A stretch of DNA of 64,000 bases from the IMG/VR virus record IMGVR_UViG_3300042308_001603. One strand, given 5' to 3'. Shown here piece after piece: positions 51,659-61,225 of this stretch. This DNA is from an uncultured virus (IMG/VR IMGVR_UViG_3300042308_001603) (lineage: Duplodnaviria > Heunggongvirae > Uroviricota > Caudoviricetes). The notes under the pieces are model-generated. The model saw only the letters and a list, made by a program, of their open reading frames with translations, was not told the origin of the DNA and did no database searches. Both the position numbers and the translations under genes were made by a program. Within the stretch, counting starts at the first letter, position 1. Every line of letters begins with the position of its first letter.

Positions 51659-52711
51659 TTATTTATTTTTTGCTTTATTATATCTATCAATTGTTGTCCA
51701 ATTATCTCTAATCCAAAAATCTACATTTTTTAAAACATTTCCTAATCCATCTTTATGATAGAATCTTAAAAATGTTTCTATATTTAGTTCATATGGAGAT
51801 TCTTTTATTTGTTCTAATATATGTTCTTTTTCTTGCTCATCCAACATAGGATTACTTAAGTTCATAATCTTGTATGCTTTTCTTAAATTATTAAAATTTT
51901 CTAACGCTCTACAATATATAACATGTTCTTTGAATTTCTCGGCACATATATCATGTATATCATCTAATGATATTTTTTTCTCACCTGTTACTTCTGGGAA
52001 ATATTTTTCGAATTTATTTTGACCTAAACCTTTAACACCACCCACTTTATCTGATTTATCTCCCATTAATGTTTTATAAATAAGAAAGTTATGTGGATAA
52101 ACATTATATTTTATTTTTACATCTTTTGGTGTAATAAATTCTTTCTCTACAGATCTATACATTAAAATATTTTCATCTACTAATTGAAGAAAATCGTTAT
52201 CGGCAGATACTAAATATACTTTATTTTTCTTATTTTGGGTAAGTTCTTTACTCAAAAAAGCTATAATATCATCTGCTTCAACTCCATCAATAGATAAAAG
52301 TTTAATAGGTAAACATTGTAGATAATGAATTAAATGTATAATTTGGTCTGTTTTAGATTCATTTTCCTTTTCTATATTATCAAAAGAATTTTTATTAACT
52401 CGATTAACATTTCTTCCTGATTTGTATTCGGGGAGTAAATTCTTCCTATTTATGGAAGAACCTACCCCATCGAACACAACATAAATTGATGTTGGTTTTA
52501 ATTGTTTAACCAAGGATCCTAATGAACGTAAAAATCCACCTAAACCTCCTATATGGGTACCCTCTGTGTTTATATAATTTAATACTGCGAAGTTTCGTAA
52601 AAATAGATTTAAACCATCTACAATTATAATTCTTTCTCCAGTTTCTTCTGGGGTAGGCTTTATATCTTCTTTGATGCCATCAAGAAGTTTAAGTAAATTT
52701 TTATTGCTCAT
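51659..52711 (-). CDS. 5'-3' exonuclease / RNase H (flap endonuclease)
   Basis: VDGLN, VVFDG, EYKSGR, EADD, DNDFLQL, GDKSD. Confidence 0.93.
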   Translation of the reverse strand: MSNKNLLKLLDGIKEDIKPTPEETGERIIIVDGLNLFLRNFAVLNYINTEGTHIGGLGGFLRSLGSLVKQLKPTSIYVVFDGVGSSINRKNLLPEYKSGRNVNRVNKNSFDNIEKENESKTDQIIHLIHYLQCLPIKLLSIDGVEADDIIAFLSKELTQNKKNKVYLVSADNDFLQLVDENILMYRSVEKEFITPKDVKIKYNVYPHNFLIYKTLMGDKSDKVGGVKGLGQNKFEKYFPEVTGEKKISLDDIHDICAEKFKEHVIYCRALENFNNLRKAYKIMNLSNPMLDEQEKEHILEQIKESPYELNIETFLRFYHKDGLGNVLKNVDFWIRDNWTTIDRYNKAKNK

Positions 52712-52713
52712 TT

Positions 52714-53802
52714 TTAATCTTCAGATTCTACAATGTCAGTGATATCTGCTTTTTCATTCCATTCACTGTTATCCTCAATTGTTTTATAATTTCCTTCTCC
52801 TAATATACTAGCCCATTCATGTGAATGTTCTTTTTTATATTTAGTAACTTCTTTAGGATCATCAGGTATAAAACCATGTACTGTACTGATAACTGTGTTT
52901 TTAGTAGTAATTCCATTTACGTGATTTTTATCACATGCTACTTTTGTTCTTAAAGCAAATTCTACATCTTTACCATCTTTTTGTGCTTTAATTTTTGATG
53001 TTCCACTATTAGTAACATTACCAAAAGTCAAACACAATGAAGAATCATAATAGAATGTATTTCCACCTTTATTAGTCATTCTCGGTTGTGAGAAGATATT
53101 TTCAGCTGGTGCTACTCCTGTTTTATTAATGATTAAGAATGTATTTGTATATTTACTTTCTTCCTTTCTAGATAAAATGATTCTTTGATTGATAAAATTA
53201 CCAAATTGGGTTGCAATTGCTCCTGCATTCCACATTGGGTTGTTTTTACCTTGTTCAATACTCATTCTACAAGCAATTGATCCTACTGAATCCCATAAAA
53301 ATAGTAAATCGTATGGTAAATTACCTTTGTCTTGTTCATTTAAAAGATCAATGATAAAATCAGCCACATCTTCAATTGATGCTAATTTACCTCTATCTTT
53401 ATAAATAAAAAACCCATCATAATCAATTACATTACCGTCTTTATCTTTTATTTCATTCATTTCGAAACCCATCGTTTGCCAATGGTCCCAACTATGTTTC
53501 ATTTCAGTAATGATAAGAACTGGTAGTATACCTATTTTTTGAGCTGATACTGCGGCTTCTATAGATGTAGTAGTTTTACCAGTGTTACTAGCTCCACGTA
53601 CTATATTTATATGACCTACTGCTATTCCAGGAATTGAAAGCGCTTCTTGCATTGCTGGAGAAAAAGGAATCCATTTTTGTTCTTTGAATTTTACATTTCC
53701 GCCTAATGATTTCTTCTCTTTAAACTTATTTAAATCAAATTTAGATTTAAGTTCTTTAGAGACTGCTTCCATTAACGAATCTTTGTCGTTTGATTTAGCC
53801 AT
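52714..53802 (-). CDS. RecA/UvsX-like recombinase
   Basis: GASNTGKTT, ITE, LWDSVGS, KGG. Confidence 0.85.
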   Translation of the reverse strand: MAKSNDKDSLMEAVSKELKSKFDLNKFKEKKSLGGNVKFKEQKWIPFSPAMQEALSIPGIAVGHINIVRGASNTGKTTTSIEAAVSAQKIGILPVLIITEMKHSWDHWQTMGFEMNEIKDKDGNVIDYDGFFIYKDRGKLASIEDVADFIIDLLNEQDKGNLPYDLLFLWDSVGSIACRMSIEQGKNNPMWNAGAIATQFGNFINQRIILSRKEESKYTNTFLIINKTGVAPAENIFSQPRMTNKGGNTFYYDSSLCLTFGNVTNSGTSKIKAQKDGKDVEFALRTKVACDKNHVNGITTKNTVISTVHGFIPDDPKEVTKYKKEHSHEWASILGEGNYKTIEDNSEWNEKADITDIVESED

Positions 53803-53819
53803 TTTAAATTAGTTTAATT

Positions 53820-54674
53820 TTAGTCTTCGTCTTCTTCAAATAAAGCATCAAATTTATCTGCTTTAGATACTTTACCCGTTGTTTTTAGGGTATAATTTGA
53901 TTTTGATTCTTTTTTAGGAGCATCTTCTTCCCAAGGTAAATCACTTTTTGAAGTTGTTTCTTCTACTTCTACTTCTTCTACTTCATCTTCAGAAGACTCT
54001 TCTGGATTTAGAAAGTTTTGTAGTGTTTCTTTCATTTTATCGAAAGTCATTTTATAAGTATTTTGAATCTCTAAGATATTTGGTTGTTCTTCTAACCATT
54101 TTTCAATATCAGATTTACTTGTACTTAATGGAGATGTTTTTGGTTTAATACGAATTGATGATTTTAAACCTTTACGACCACCAATATCACCCGTTACTGT
54201 TTCAACAGTAAAGTCACGACCTTCACTCATATCAGTATAATCACCATAATCTTCATCATCAGCGATTCCTAATAATTGCATGTAAATTTCTTTACCAAAT
54301 TCCCAAAGGCGAACACCTTTGTCTTCTTCACCCCTAACTATTACTGGAGCGAATATTCTCATTTTTGGTTCTAGTTTTTTAGACAATTTCCAATTTTCTT
54401 TGTCATTGGTTTGTTGTAATTGTTTTGTAAATTCTACAATTGGATCTTTTTCACCCCAATTTGTAAGAGCATACATTGGAAATTTAGATATACCATAGTG
54501 TAAAAACACTTCTTTGAATGGATTGTTTTTGTCTAGTTTAGACGGAACAATTCTAATTTGGTATTTTCCTTCTTGTTTTGGTTTCCACAGGTACTTTGAA
54601 TAGTCGACCTTTTCTTTTTTTTGCCCGGATGTCTGTAAGGCACTCAGTTTTGATTTGATAGATTTTAAATCCAT
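53820..54674 (-). CDS. Single-stranded DNA-binding protein (gp32-like)
   Basis: WKP...IRIVP, LWEFGK, GRDF, acidic tail FDALFEEDED. Confidence 0.85.
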   Translation of the reverse strand: MDLKSIKSKLSALQTSGQKKEKVDYSKYLWKPKQEGKYQIRIVPSKLDKNNPFKEVFLHYGISKFPMYALTNWGEKDPIVEFTKQLQQTNDKENWKLSKKLEPKMRIFAPVIVRGEEDKGVRLWEFGKEIYMQLLGIADDEDYGDYTDMSEGRDFTVETVTGDIGGRKGLKSSIRIKPKTSPLSTSKSDIEKWLEEQPNILEIQNTYKMTFDKMKETLQNFLNPEESSEDEVEEVEVEETTSKSDLPWEEDAPKKESKSNYTLKTTGKVSKADKFDALFEEDED

Positions 54675-54702
54675 GATTTATTTTATTTTATTGGTTACTA
54701 TT

Positions 54703-54732
54703 TAAATATACTACTTATTTTTTATAGGCCAA
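54703..54732 (-). promoter_or_regulatory. Promoter TTGG-N18-TATATTTA upstream of SSB
   Basis: Consensus match. Confidence 0.6.
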
Positions 54733-54801
54733 ATTTAGCTATTAAAGCTCTCGAATGCCTTTTTATTTGTAGTGTTGTATTTTAGTATATGCTATAAATA
54801 T

Positions 54802-55188
54802 TTAAAGATCTACGATCTTAAAAATCTTGGTATTGAGTTGTTTTATGTCTCCGTGTTGAGTTAATAATATACAATTTTTGTAATGTTGCCAATCGATTCG
54901 ATATGTTAGATCAACTACGCCACCATTTAATTTTTTAATTAAATCGTTTAATGCGTTTATTGTATATAAAGTATTTGATTCTTTTTTACGATGAACTAAT
55001 ATTGTGTTTGAAGGAATATTGTCTACATTACCTTGTTCTATGTTGTAGGTGATAACGTATTCATTAGTACTCTTAACAAAAAGTATAAACATTTTTTTAT
55101 ACATTATATTGTATGTAGTTGACAAATTGTTAATCAATTCATCTATTTCATTTTGCTGAGTAAATGTAGCAAATAACCTGTTGTTCAT
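54802..55188 (-). CDS. Hypothetical phage protein
   Basis: ORF track to 55269; start at 55188 (MNNRLF) favoured by ATATTTAT at 55231..55238. Confidence 0.75.
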   Translation of the reverse strand: MNNRLFATFTQQNEIDELINNLSTTYNIMYKKMFILFVKSTNEYVITYNIEQGNVDNIPSNTILVHRKKESNTLYTINALNDLIKKLNGGVVDLTYRIDWQHYKNCILLTQHGDIKQLNTKIFKIVDL

Positions 55189-55271
55189 AAAATCAGTAAA
55201 AGTCCTGTCAGTTATAAAATCGTACCGATTATAAATATGTAGGGGTGATTCAAAAATGTTAGTTTCCATAA

Positions 55272-56555
55272 TTAGTGCAAAGGTGCCATATCACCGTAGT
55301 TTTTACCTGTTGTTATTTTTATTTTTAATTTATGTTTCTTAAATGTATCTTTTATGTCTTCTAATACATTGTCTTCTTTTTTATAATCTAATAGGATAGA
55401 ATCGTAAGTATAAAGTACAATTTTTGTTGATTTTCCTTTTAATAGTTTTATAATATCCCATAATATAAGAACATTATTTGAGGTTTCCAAGTTTTGAAGA
55501 GTATAATTAAAAAGCTTTTGAGGATTTATATCCTTTAAATCTTTAAATATATGTCCTGAGATTGGGCATTTTACGAATCCTATAGAAGTATATGTATTCC
55601 ATAAATCTTTTACATATTCTTGTATTAATTGTAGATATTCTATATATTGATATTCTTTATAAACTCCACCATATAATTGTTTAAACATTAATATTTTAGC
55701 TTCATTTATATCAATTCCTGCTTCACGAGCAAAGTATTGATAAGGTGTTTCATCTCCAAAATCATAATCAATTAATTGAGCAGCTAGTGTTGGATGATAA
55801 GCACTAATATCTATTTCAATGAAACAATCATTTTCAGGTATAAATGATGATCTACAACCATTATCTTTTGCTAAAGCAGCGAAATTAATCCCATTAAAAC
55901 TATTGGATGGTCTTCCTGTTGTTGTGTATAAGTTATATTTAGTATATATTGTACCATCTTGTATAGAAAATTTATCGTTAGGTAATTCATAGTATTTATT
56001 GAATGTTTTTTCGTTTAATTTAATTCCATTTCTTTCAATAGCAAAAAACACATTGATTAATTTATTATAGAATTTTACATTATCAAATTTAATACAGTTG
56101 TCTCTTATTTTATTAAATATCATTTCGCATTTTTCATAGTGCTTAACTAATGGAATGATAGTGTTTATATTTAATTTATCATTGTGTTTTTGATAGAAAA
56201 AATCATGTGTTGAAGTAGATGGTTCTACACATTCAGGTGTATTGAATGAAATATCTATAGTATTTTTTAATGGAAAATGATATATAAATGATTTCCTATC
56301 CCTAACATATATTTCGTTAAAAGATGCAAATAAACCGTTTATAACGGTTTTATTCAACGAAAGCGCTTCATTGTGATTAACACATATAATATAGCCTTTA
56401 TCGCCGTTTAATGGTTTGATATACAATAAAGATATGCGATTTAAAGCAGAATGAACATTATCATTGTAGTATACAGGTTCAATAAATACTTTATCATAAC
56501 CTGTTTTAAATAATTCATTTAGTTGCTCATCATTTTCAATAATATAAAATGCCAT
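55272..56555 (-). CDS. Atypical short family A DNA polymerase-like protein
   Basis: TTGRPSN, motif A DISAYHP, motif B AKILMFKQLYG, NYTLQ, motif C YDS. Confidence 0.8.
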   Translation of the reverse strand: MAFYIIENDEQLNELFKTGYDKVFIEPVYYNDNVHSALNRISLLYIKPLNGDKGYIICVNHNEALSLNKTVINGLFASFNEIYVRDRKSFIYHFPLKNTIDISFNTPECVEPSTSTHDFFYQKHNDKLNINTIIPLVKHYEKCEMIFNKIRDNCIKFDNVKFYNKLINVFFAIERNGIKLNEKTFNKYYELPNDKFSIQDGTIYTKYNLYTTTGRPSNSFNGINFAALAKDNGCRSSFIPENDCFIEIDISAYHPTLAAQLIDYDFGDETPYQYFAREAGIDINEAKILMFKQLYGGVYKEYQYIEYLQLIQEYVKDLWNTYTSIGFVKCPISGHIFKDLKDINPQKLFNYTLQNLETSNNVLILWDIIKLLKGKSTKIVLYTYDSILLDYKKEDNVLEDIKDTFKKHKLKIKITTGKNYGDMAPLH

Positions 56556-56588
56556 ATAACCTTTATTTTAATACTTTATTGTTGTTTT

Positions 56589-57149
56589 TTACAAAACACT
56601 ATTGGATTTTTTTAAATTATCTTTCCACCATAATGGTTGTAGATTAGTATAATGAAAACTTCCATTTTTAGATATGGGAATAATATGATCTATTTCCCAC
56701 TCTCCATAATTATCCCAAGTCATACCTTCAATAAATTGATTTTCAAGATGTTGTTTAAGGTAATCATAATCACAACCTAAATATTCTATTGTTTTTCCTA
56801 ATTTATTTTTACCTTGTGATTTTAATGCCATTCTTATTCTTGTCCCAACACACATTCTTAATTTATAAATAGGATCGGTATTGTACTTATTTTGTTGATA
56901 AGATTTTTGCCATACTTTATAATATTCTTTCCATCTACTTTCATTATTTTCAATCCATTCTTTACTATAATCTTTATAATATTGTTTATTTTGATTATAA
57001 TATTTTGAAGTAGGATTTTTTTGTCTTGCAATTTTGTTATTTATTTTTTCACAATCTTTACATTTATATTGTAATTTATCTTTAGTTGATTTACTTTTGT
57101 TAAAAGCGTCTAAGTATTTTTTTATATCACATTGGTTACATGTTTTCAT
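56589..57149 (-). mobile_element. Free-standing HNH homing endonuclease upstream of the polA-like gene
   Basis: CNQC...CKDC; GMTWDNYGEWEIDHIIP...HYTNLQPLWW.DN..K. Confidence 0.88.
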
Positions 57150-57202
57150 ATACATATAAATATGTAATAAAAATGTAAAACATAACCTTTTAATTAACAT
57201 AC

Positions 57203-57232
57203 TTAATATATGTAAATTATTCTGGATTCCAA
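57203..57232 (-). promoter_or_regulatory. Promoter TTGG-N18-TATATTAA heading the replication block
   Basis: Consensus match. Confidence 0.55.
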
Positions 57233-57822
57233 AATTTAAGGTAATTTTCTTTTAAGAATTTATTGAAAGCAGGAAATTTGAATTTAGTTGTCATATATCT
57301 AGTAACCTGTTCATTTGTTTTATAAACAGTTTCTTTATCACCTGAAATTATCCATTGATATTTAAATGGAGTATATAGTTGCCAAAGATATGTTGAGTCT
57401 TGTCCTGTTAGTTTTTCGTAGGTATCTTTGTTTATTTCTATGTATCTTAATTCATTTGTTTTTTTACAAAAATATCTTGTAAATTCTCCCAAAGCATAAT
57501 CGTCTTGAGTAGGTTGTGGGTTAAAAGAAACGGGAGTTAATTTATCTTCATAACGATATTTAGGATATTCTTTTGAGGGAAAATCATTTGGTAACCAATT
57601 AGGAGAATTTAAAATTGGATTTATATTTGGAGTTACATTAGAAGTTAATGATAATAAAATTAATTCCTGTATGTTTTTATCTTCAGGTGTTTTTCCAGTA
57701 AAGAATTTCCCATCAGAAGTTTTCCAATAATTTCCTATGTAATTTTCATTAGTGGACTTAATAATATATTCTTGTCCATTAGTGTATAAATTGGTTACTA
57801 TTTGAGATTTTGGATAATACAT
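57217..57822 (-). CDS. Hypothetical protein, probably structural-module associated
   Basis: ORF track; coupled to the tail lysin gene. Confidence 0.7.
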   Translation of the reverse strand: MYYPKSQIVTNLYTNGQEYIIKSTNENYIGNYWKTSDGKFFTGKTPEDKNIQELILLSLTSNVTPNINPILNSPNWLPNDFPSKEYPKYRYEDKLTPVSFNPQPTQDDYALGEFTRYFCKKTNELRYIEINKDTYEKLTGQDSTYLWQLYTPFKYQWIISGDKETVYKTNEQVTRYMTTKFKFPAFNKFLKENYLKFWNPE

Positions 57823-60800
57823 TATTCTATTACTTTAACAATTCCTTTTATATCTGCTGATTTAAAATTTCTTTTAGCTGTGTATACTACTCTTCCACCA
57901 TTTCTAGATTTAGCTCCTCCACCTTCATTTCCTCCTACTGTAGAAATACTTCCATCTTGCTGGTTAACGGCAACACATATATTTACGTGGCCATAATTAT
58001 ATATAATCATATCTCCAGGTTTAATATCTGAAAGTTGTGGGGAGTTTTTTCCAAATCCTGCTTTTATAGCTGAGTTTAGGGTATTAAATACTCCAGCACT
58101 TAATGGAGGTAAAACTTTAGAGTTAAGTTTAGTTGCAAAAATATTTTGAATATTTTTATCAGTAGCTCCTACTTGAGTATATGCTTCTTTCCATACTAAA
58201 TCTGCAAACCAATTACACCATAAAGCATTATTAGAACTATACCAACCTACACCTTTCATTTTTGCTTCAAATGATTTATCATTAAATCCTAAATTATCAT
58301 TAATATTTTTCCCATTTACAATTCTTTCAGGAATTTCAGATTGACCTACATATCCTTTAGCTATTCTTACTATAGCATTTCTTATTTGAGAAAGATTTGG
58401 ATCATTAACATGAGTAAGAGGTGGGGGATTTTGCCCAACAACAATATTTCTAGATTCTTCTCTATTTGCTGGAGAAGGAGGTAAATTTATAGTATTAGAA
58501 TTACCAGTTCCACTACCTGTTGGAGAATTTTCTCCTCCATTTACAAAATCAATTACAGGCATTGAAACTGTTTCTATAGATGTAGTCCATCCAGAAGAAT
58601 CTATTTTATTAGATACTCCCTTTATAATAAATTTTAAAGCAGTTGGATATTCAGTTGGTAAATAAGCAGTATCAACTTTTATTTGTTGATAAATTTTTAT
58701 ACCTGAAAGTCCATCCATTGTTAAAGATAAATTAATAGGAAGAAATCCTCTGCTACTAGTAGCAGATACAAAAGTAGGGTTAATTTGACCAGCTACTTCT
58801 GCTATATATTTTTGACGAAGAATTTTATATTGGTTTTCAAATGCTAAATAATTAGTAACTACTTGAAGAGTAGTATCAGCTTCTTCCACATCAACATCAT
58901 AATCATTATATCTTAAAATAATATATTCAACAAATTGTTTTTTTAATTGAACATTTGCAATTACTAAATCTTCCCTTTGTTTTTGCAAAGTTGGATTAGG
59001 TTCTTTCTTACTACTAACGTAATCTATAGCTTCATTAATTATAGGGCTTAATCCATCATTCCATCTAGAAAATGCAGTAGCATCTTCACCAACTACTTGA
59101 CCCTTAGCCGTTGCACCTATAGTTACCATAGCTGCTAAATTGTTAGTTATTTCTGTTTTTAAAGAAAAATCTTTAATAAATCCTGCTGATGTTTTATTGT
59201 TGCTGTATCCGTATAAATCAAATTTTGGAGATTCTATATTTTCTAAGTTAGTAATTTTTTCTATTTCTGGAATTGGAGTTTCATCATAAAATCTAACTGT
59301 GTTATTGGTTTCATCTATCATAACATCTAGTTTATTAATGCTACCCAAAGATGTATTTATTCCTTCTAATATGCTTTTTAAAAGATCAATAAGTGTTACT
59401 TTACCATCTTCGTCTTTTAAATCTACTAATTTAGAAAGAATAAAAGCCATATTAACATAAACATTATTTAAATTTCCTATTAAAACTCCATTTTGTGTTT
59501 TTCTATAAGGATTACTGTCTAATTCTTTAATAAGATGTAACATCCCTATGTCATAACCACCAACAAATGAAACTCTTAAATCCCCAGAAAGTTGATACTT
59601 TTCAGTATACATAGGAATAGGAATTTCCTTTTTATTTTCATCAAGAATTTTTATAGTCAACAATGAAGCATATTTATTTGGATCAGTTACATTATATGGT
59701 AGAATACCTTGAAGTAAATTTAATAATTCTCCAAATCTAATATAATATAAATCTGGGCCTTCACTTGCTATTTTTATATAATCTTTATCTGTTCCTTCTG
59801 GAGCTTTACTAGGATTAAAAAAATTATTTATTGATTCGGCTATTAAAGATATACCTAGAGTAGCTACTGCCAAGTTGTATGTTGAAGTATCATTTAATAT
59901 TTGTTGCATAAAATTTAACTCTTCAATTTGTGTTCTATTTAATGAAGCTAAATTTCCTCCTTTTAATTTACTTTTAGCTAAGAAAAAAATATTACCTATA
60001 GTATGAGCATATTTATATTTCATAATCCAATCATCATCAGATTCTGGGGTAGAGTCATCGTTTTTAGAGTCATCTTTTTTGTTTAAATCTTCTAAATATG
60101 AATTTACTTTAAAAGATTCAACTAACGCTCCTATACTAATTAATTTTAATGTAATGTCATAAGAGCCATCTTTATTAAATGTCCAATCAAAATTTTGAAC
60201 ACGACCATACATTCCATCATAATTTCCGGCTGATGATTCTCTTTGGGTTTCTAATGCTTTTAAAACATCATTATCAGTTTTATACTCTAATCCTAAAAAA
60301 TTTTTAGATATACTAAAATCTGGTTTTGTATCTACTTTTCCTTCTTTATCAACAATTATTGAGTGTCCCCATTCTAATAATACTGGAAATCCTAAGCGTA
60401 AATAAAGTAAACTAATAATTTCTAGTTGAGAACGGTTGTATGCTTTTATAGTAACAGTACCTTCTCTAATTGAACCTCTATTTCTAAATTTAGTGTCACA
60501 AGAAGTAATACCAGGCATTGGTCTTAAACCAAATTCTGTTCCTCCAATTCCGTATGCTACTTTATTCAAAATACTTTGCCCCATATCTTGATTGGGTTGA
60601 TTACTAATAATATCTATTCCACCATATGGAGTTCCAGCATTGTCAGAAGTACCATTGAATAGAACAAAAAAGTTAGATAGACCAGTACTAGTACCATTTG
60701 GTCCTATAAATGAAGGGTGTCCTTGAAGACCTATTCTGTCTAGTCTTTCTACTTTATTAATAGCTACTCCTGAAGATAATTTTATCCAACTAGTTCTAGA

Positions 60801-60923
60801 ATTTAAATATGCAAGAGTGTTATTATCTCTATAGACATCAAAACCTTGTCCATGAATGTTTTGTCTATTTATGATTTGTTTTGTTACAAATTCATCAAAT
60901 GGTTCTCCTACTATGCTTTTCAT
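57822..60923 (-). CDS. Baseplate hub/tail protein with C-terminal CHAP-like peptidoglycan hydrolase
   Basis: WCNWFADLVW (Cys), PGDMII, GHVNI (His), GGNEG; hub-like N-terminal region. Confidence 0.7.
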   Translation of the reverse strand: MKSIVGEPFDEFVTKQIINRQNIHGQGFDVYRDNNTLAYLNSRTSWIKLSSGVAINKVERLDRIGLQGHPSFIGPNGTSTGLSNFFVLFNGTSDNAGTPYGGIDIISNQPNQDMGQSILNKVAYGIGGTEFGLRPMPGITSCDTKFRNRGSIREGTVTIKAYNRSQLEIISLLYLRLGFPVLLEWGHSIIVDKEGKVDTKPDFSISKNFLGLEYKTDNDVLKALETQRESSAGNYDGMYGRVQNFDWTFNKDGSYDITLKLISIGALVESFKVNSYLEDLNKKDDSKNDDSTPESDDDWIMKYKYAHTIGNIFFLAKSKLKGGNLASLNRTQIEELNFMQQILNDTSTYNLAVATLGISLIAESINNFFNPSKAPEGTDKDYIKIASEGPDLYYIRFGELLNLLQGILPYNVTDPNKYASLLTIKILDENKKEIPIPMYTEKYQLSGDLRVSFVGGYDIGMLHLIKELDSNPYRKTQNGVLIGNLNNVYVNMAFILSKLVDLKDEDGKVTLIDLLKSILEGINTSLGSINKLDVMIDETNNTVRFYDETPIPEIEKITNLENIESPKFDLYGYSNNKTSAGFIKDFSLKTEITNNLAAMVTIGATAKGQVVGEDATAFSRWNDGLSPIINEAIDYVSSKKEPNPTLQKQREDLVIANVQLKKQFVEYIILRYNDYDVDVEEADTTLQVVTNYLAFENQYKILRQKYIAEVAGQINPTFVSATSSRGFLPINLSLTMDGLSGIKIYQQIKVDTAYLPTEYPTALKFIIKGVSNKIDSSGWTTSIETVSMPVIDFVNGGENSPTGSGTGNSNTINLPPSPANREESRNIVVGQNPPPLTHVNDPNLSQIRNAIVRIAKGYVGQSEIPERIVNGKNINDNLGFNDKSFEAKMKGVGWYSSNNALWCNWFADLVWKEAYTQVGATDKNIQNIFATKLNSKVLPPLSAGVFNTLNSAIKAGFGKNSPQLSDIKPGDMIIYNYGHVNICVAVNQQDGSISTVGGNEGGGAKSRNGGRVVYTAKRNFKSADIKGIVKVIE

Positions 60924-60926
60924 AAC

Positions 60927-61223
60927 TTATGAATTTAATTTATTATAACTTTGAATTGTTCCAACTACATTAGCTGGTATTCTTAACTGGATGCCTTCAG
61001 GTATTATTAATGAATTTTGTGGTAAAGCATCATTTGCTATAGATATTATCCACCACAATGATTCATCTTGATAATATTGTAAGGCTAAGGCATCAAATCT
61101 ATCTCCTTGAACAGTAGTAACATAAATATCACTTTCATTTAAAGGGATTTCAGGATACTTAACTGTTCTATAAACAGATTTCTTATTTATTTTTATTGTT
61201 GGTATATTTGAATAGCGATTCAT
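60927..61223 (-). CDS. LysM-like baseplate wedge protein (gp53/tail X-like)
   Basis: GDRFDALALQYYQDESLWWIISIAN...G.QLRIP. Confidence 0.8.
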   Translation of the reverse strand: MNRYSNIPTIKINKKSVYRTVKYPEIPLNESDIYVTTVQGDRFDALALQYYQDESLWWIISIANDALPQNSLIIPEGIQLRIPANVVGTIQSYNKLNS

Positions 61224-61225
61224 TA

